A DNA stretch of 64,000 nt. Origin: Sphyrna mokarran. Lineage: Eukaryota. Below are positions 59,316 through 64,000 of the stretch, in pieces (within the stretch, counting starts at the first letter, position 1; each line of letters begins with the position of its first letter). The position numbers and the translations under genes are program-made. The stretch lies in assembly GCA_024679065.1 (NCBI GenBank), contig JAGIQG010000009.1, forward strand, positions 107,508,001-107,572,000. Reading direction: 5' to 3'. Under the pieces are notes generated by a model. That model saw nothing but the letters and a program-made list of their open reading frames with translations. It was not told where the DNA came from and did not search any database.

Positions 59316-62300
59316 GCTTCAATTTTGCCTGTGAATGCAATGAGGAAGACAAGAGTTGCAACGACAGTTTGCATTTGCATTCAGTTTTGCAGCAATTATT
59401 AAAGTTCTTTGCACGTGACAACGCACGCTTTTACTCAACGCTTTATCTCCAATTTGATCATTCATTTATTCACAAATTTAGCATTGCATTTATGGAGAGA
59501 ACATTTTGCGACGTTCCTGTACTCGTCCGCCTTTGATTAGAGCAAAAGCTGCACAAACCCAGAGAGGAAATGGAAATACTCCAGGAGGGGCACAATTAAA
59601 CACGAGCTGGATGAGCCCAATAGTTCGTTTCTTAACTATAATGTGTACATAGTCAGACAAGAATCTGCCATTCCTAGGATTTCCATCACAATCATGATGA
59701 AAAGGGAACGTCCACTTAACTATATACCACGTATGTTTTTCATGATATTGTAATATCAGGTTGACGACCTGAAAGCTCAGTAGTATAAGGATGGATAGTT
59801 TGAGCTACACTTAGTGGGGAATGAGAGGTGATCTTCTTGAACATATACGATCCTGAGGCAGCATAATAGGCCATGAAATGGGAGGAAGTTTACACCTCTG
59901 GAAGAAACTAGTACTAAAGGACACAGTTTAAGGATAAGATGATGTTTGAGACGGAGATATTCAGCATCACGCACCCCACCCAAAGTGTCCTTGGTATATA
60001 AAATCCGCTTGCCGAAACACAATGGATGCTGAGTTGCTGAATTCAGGCAAGAGCTGTGGGTTTCAGATAGATAAGAGAGTCAAGGGCTATTGAGGAAGGT
60101 GCCGATTTAAAGTTGAGGCTCCTATCAAGGTTAGACACAATTTTATTGAATGGTGAAGCAGTTTCGAATGTCAGAATAGTGTATTTTTACTCCTGGATCT
60201 TATCATAGAATCCCCACAGAGTAGGAGGCCCATTCAGCATACATTGCTTCTTTCAGACTATCCTGCCCGATCCCCGTAATTCCACTCATTTACCATGGCT
60301 AATCCACCTAACCTGCACATCTTTGAACTATGGGAGGAACCCAGGAGCACCCAGAGGAAACCCATTCAGAAACACGGCCGCTCTACTCAGTCACCCAAGG
60401 CCAGAACTGAACCCAGTGCAGCAGTGCAAACCACTGTGCCACTGTGCTAACCGTGTTCTTATGCTTAGTTAACCGGGCGAACATTTCATATGTTCACACT
60501 GTTTTCAACGTCCAGATCTAGAGTCAGGGCAGCAGAAATTGTTCCCCTTGTTATTCTTCCGATAACTTTCTTAGAAATCCTTACATTCACCTGAAAGGGC
60601 AGAAACGTCCTTGATTTAGCCGCATATCTAAAACAAAAGCACGTTTTTTTTTTATGTGGACATCGCTGGCTGGGCCACCATTTATTATCCTTCCCTAACT
60701 ATCCTCAATTTCAGTGAACGTTTGAGAATCAAGCGCATTGCCGTGACTCTGGAGTGACATGTAGGCCAGAAGAGGTAAGGAGAGCAGATTTCCTTTCCTG
60801 AAGGACATTACTGACCCAGAAGAGTTTTGGCGACAATCGATAATGGTGTTATGGTCAACATTGGGGTGTTAATTCCACATTAAGGAAATTCAAATTTCAC
60901 CATCTGGCATGATGGTATCTGAATCCTGCCCCACAGATATCGTCCTGAGTTACCAGTCGAGTGACAATACCATTAGGGCACTGCCTCTCCTACCTCAACA
61001 CACATTCCTGCCTCAGAGTATTTGTCTTGAATTTTGTGACCAAGTGGGACTTTAACCCATCACCTTCTCATTATGCAGTGAGAGCTTTCGAAACCATACC
61101 TTATGGCGAATATTCTAGCGACTTCAGTTGACCCCACTATTCGGCATGAGGTACATAAGTGGAATTATGTAATTCGGCGCGTTCTGCGCCCCAGGTTGTC
61201 GTTTATTCTCTTTATTGTAGTTTCCAGTCCAAGGGCGCATTCGAGAGGCTTAGTGACATGGACTTGGAGCCCGGAAGTCTTGTAAGACATGTTTTAACAG
61301 GGGTCTAAAAGTGAGTCACAATGCTAGAAGTGTTTCGGACGGGGAATTTGAAGACAAGAGCAAAGGCAACAACAACTGAGTCCTCATACTGAATTGGGGA
61401 CGAAGTATGGTGCAAATTAGAGACAAGGAAATAATGAAATGGTCACGTAGAGCTGAAGGATCACATTTTGAGTTATGGGCAGGCTTAGAAATAGGGCGAC
61501 GAATTTCTGATTCGAGTTGTTGTTGAACCGAGGTGCAGTTAAAGTCAATACAGAATGGAACCCGAACAGTCTCTGTCAAACCTACGGCATAAATCTATGT
61601 GTGTGTGTATGTGTTTGTGTACATATGTTCACTTATGGGATGTGGGTGATTGTGGCAAGACTCCCATTTCTTATTGCCTTTGAGAGGTTGGTAGCATTAA
61701 TCCGCTCATATCCGCCTGAGCATTTAGTGTTGGCTTAAAGCAGAATTATATTAAATGAAAGCACGAACAGTGGAAACACATCAATTAAGGAAGTGGCTTA
61801 GAATGAAGGCGACGAGAAAGCTGCTAATGGTTTCAGCGAAAGCGGCTAATGCTCTGAAGAGGAGGCACACAGACTCGATAAGTTAACTGTATTTTCTTTC
61901 CCAACGAATGATGCCAGACCAGCTGAGATTTTTTTTCCCCCGCACTTTTTGTTTCTATTTCATATTTTCAGCACCCGCAGTATTTTACTTTAATTTTAAA
62001 GCTCTGGGAACACAGTTACAGCTTATGTTCAATAAATTAATGTAAACAATCTGGAATATAATGTTTTTTCGTGTTAATGACCATCGTCGTATTATCGTCA
62101 AAATCCAGGTACATTATTAATGCCTGTTAGGGAAGGAAATCCACCATCTTTACCCGTTCTGATCTACATGTTGGTCGAAACCCTTCGAGTTTTGCTTGAC
62201 CCTTAAGTTCCCTTTGAGATGGCCTCGCGAGCTTCTCATTCCAATGGAAATTACCGATAGGTAACAAATGCTGGCCTTACTTTCCATTTCTCTCAATTTT

Positions 62301-63184
62301 AAAATCGAAGTTACCGATCAGAATAGTAAAAAGATATGCGGATAAATTCTGAACATGACTTCTGCTTTACTAAGGAACAGAACGATAAAAATCTACTTAC
62401 TTTAATTTGACAGAGAAATTTACGGTCGACTTCTGCAATTATCTTTCGCCTGTACTGTAAAAGAATTATTTGTGGAACAAATACAGGAAGCATGATGCCT
62501 TATAACGATTAAAGAGGCTTGTCAGCATTTTCTAGAAGAACAAGAAAGGGAGATTAGGAACTGAAATTCATGGCAATTACAGACAACATGGTCTAATAAC
62601 TCCATATGGAGTATCACTGAACAGAACAGAGTAGGATCCGGGTCCCTCAGAGCGATTAAGATTATTCCAAGCAATAAATGACATTGATACTGATTAGGTG
62701 CATTGGCCATACTAAATTCTCCATCCGCGTACTCGAACAGGCTCTACAGGTTGGTGACTAGAGGATTTTCACAGTAACCTCATTGCTGATTTTGTCCATT
62801 TGTTGAATTCAAGTTGCTGTTAGATGCATGTGTATCGATCTACTCTATTATTTAAGTACAGTAACAATATAGAATGCTACTCTCATTGATATTTCAGTCT
62901 CCAAGTATTTGTCAATATGCTGTTGCAAGTTTCATTGCTTTGATAGTTCATGAGATGACTGAATCCTCGCGGAATGATCAAAGTAGCCAGTTACGGAATC
63001 AGAAACTGCAGTTACTATAAGAAATTGAGATAGTGAAGATCCTTGTTTGCATTTTATGGAAAGCTCTGCTGTAATAGTTTATAAAAATGAGTAAGCTTAA
63101 ACTGTCGCCCTCTACAAGCATTCGAATGAAGGCAGGAGTAGACCATGCGGCCCCCTTGAACCTGCTCCATCATTGGATAAAATC

Positions 63185-64000
63185 ATAGAACATAGAACAC
63201 TACAGCACAAACAGGCCCTTCGGTCCACAAGTTGTGCCGATCATATCTAAAACTACCAGGCCATAGAACTATCTGTAACTCCCAATCCTATTAAATCTCA
63301 TGTATTCATCCAGAAGTCTCTTAAAAGACCCCAGCGAGTTCGCCTCCACCACCACTGACTGCAACCGATTCCATTCACTCACCACCCCCTGAGTGAAAAA
63401 ACTTACCTCTAATATCTCCTCTGTACTTGCCTCCCAGCACCTTAAACATGTGTCCTCTCGTAGCGATCATTTCAGCCCTGGGAAATAGCCTCTGAGAATC
63501 CACTCTATCTATTCCTCTCAACATCTTATAAACCTCTATCAGGTCACTTCTCAACCTTTGTCTCTCCAGGGAGAAGAGACCTAGCTCTCTCAACCCAAAA
63601 GACATGCCCCCCAATCCCCAGGCATCATCCTTGTAAATCTCCTCTGCACGTCTCAATAGCTTCCACATCTTTCCTATAGTGAGGCGACCAGAACTGCACA
63701 CAGTACTCCAAGTAGGGCCTGACAAGGGACTTATAAAATTGCAGCATTACCTCCCGACTCCTAAAATCAATCCCTCTATTAATGAAGGCTAGTACACCAT
63801 ATGCCTTCTTGGCCACATCGTCCACTTGCAGGGCAGATTTAAGAGTCCTGTGGACCCGGATCCCAAGATCCTTCTGCTCCTCAACAGTGCCAAGACTCCT
63901 ACCCTTGATATTATACTGCTTCAACCCATTGGTCCTGCTAAAATGGACCACCACACATTTATCCGCGTTGAAGTCCATCTGCCACTTCTCCGCCCAGTCT
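63185..64000 (-). mobile_element. Young CR1-type LINE specific to unit B, running off the window
   Basis: FNADKCVVVHF, VRPYLEYCVQFWSP, LFSLERQRLRSDLIE; catagaa tail; empty sites near 24085 and 37905. Confidence 0.9.

Larger units (their letters stand above)
43322..64000. repeat. Segmental duplication unit B (copy of 1-~24085, probably continuing past the window)
   Basis: Collinear with unit A, including orthologous SINE, LTR and LINE insertions. Confidence 0.85.

Overview
Eukaryotic, intron-containing DNA, almost certainly from a cartilaginous fish: it is dense in HE1-type and DeuSINE/SacSINE1-type SINEs, CR1/HER1-type LINE 3' ends and Penelope-like fragments. The window is a tandem segmental-duplication array of minus-strand genes encoding type I membrane receptors with germline-joined VJ-type Ig V domains resembling NKp30/NCR3. 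Unlike NKp30, they have an uncharged transmembrane core and an ITIM-bearing cytoplasmic tail. Gene A (CDS 19897->2710) is leader-V-V-TM-cyt1-cyt2, about 371 aa with three ITIMs; its second V exon comes from a 1.88-kb tandem exon duplication. Unit C (34013->32727) is an orphan leader+V pseudogene with a nonsense codon and no TM or cytoplasmic exons. Gene B (59315->45106) is leader-V-TM-cyt1-cyt2, about 243 aa, with the third ITIM removed by a CAG>TAG change. The four V exons differ mostly in the CDR1-, HV4- and CDR3-equivalent loops. All exon models were read by hand from splice signals and phase, with no transcript evidence. Most ORFs in the supplied track are spurious or repeat-derived. Repeat boundaries and family names are approximate and from recognition, not from a database search.
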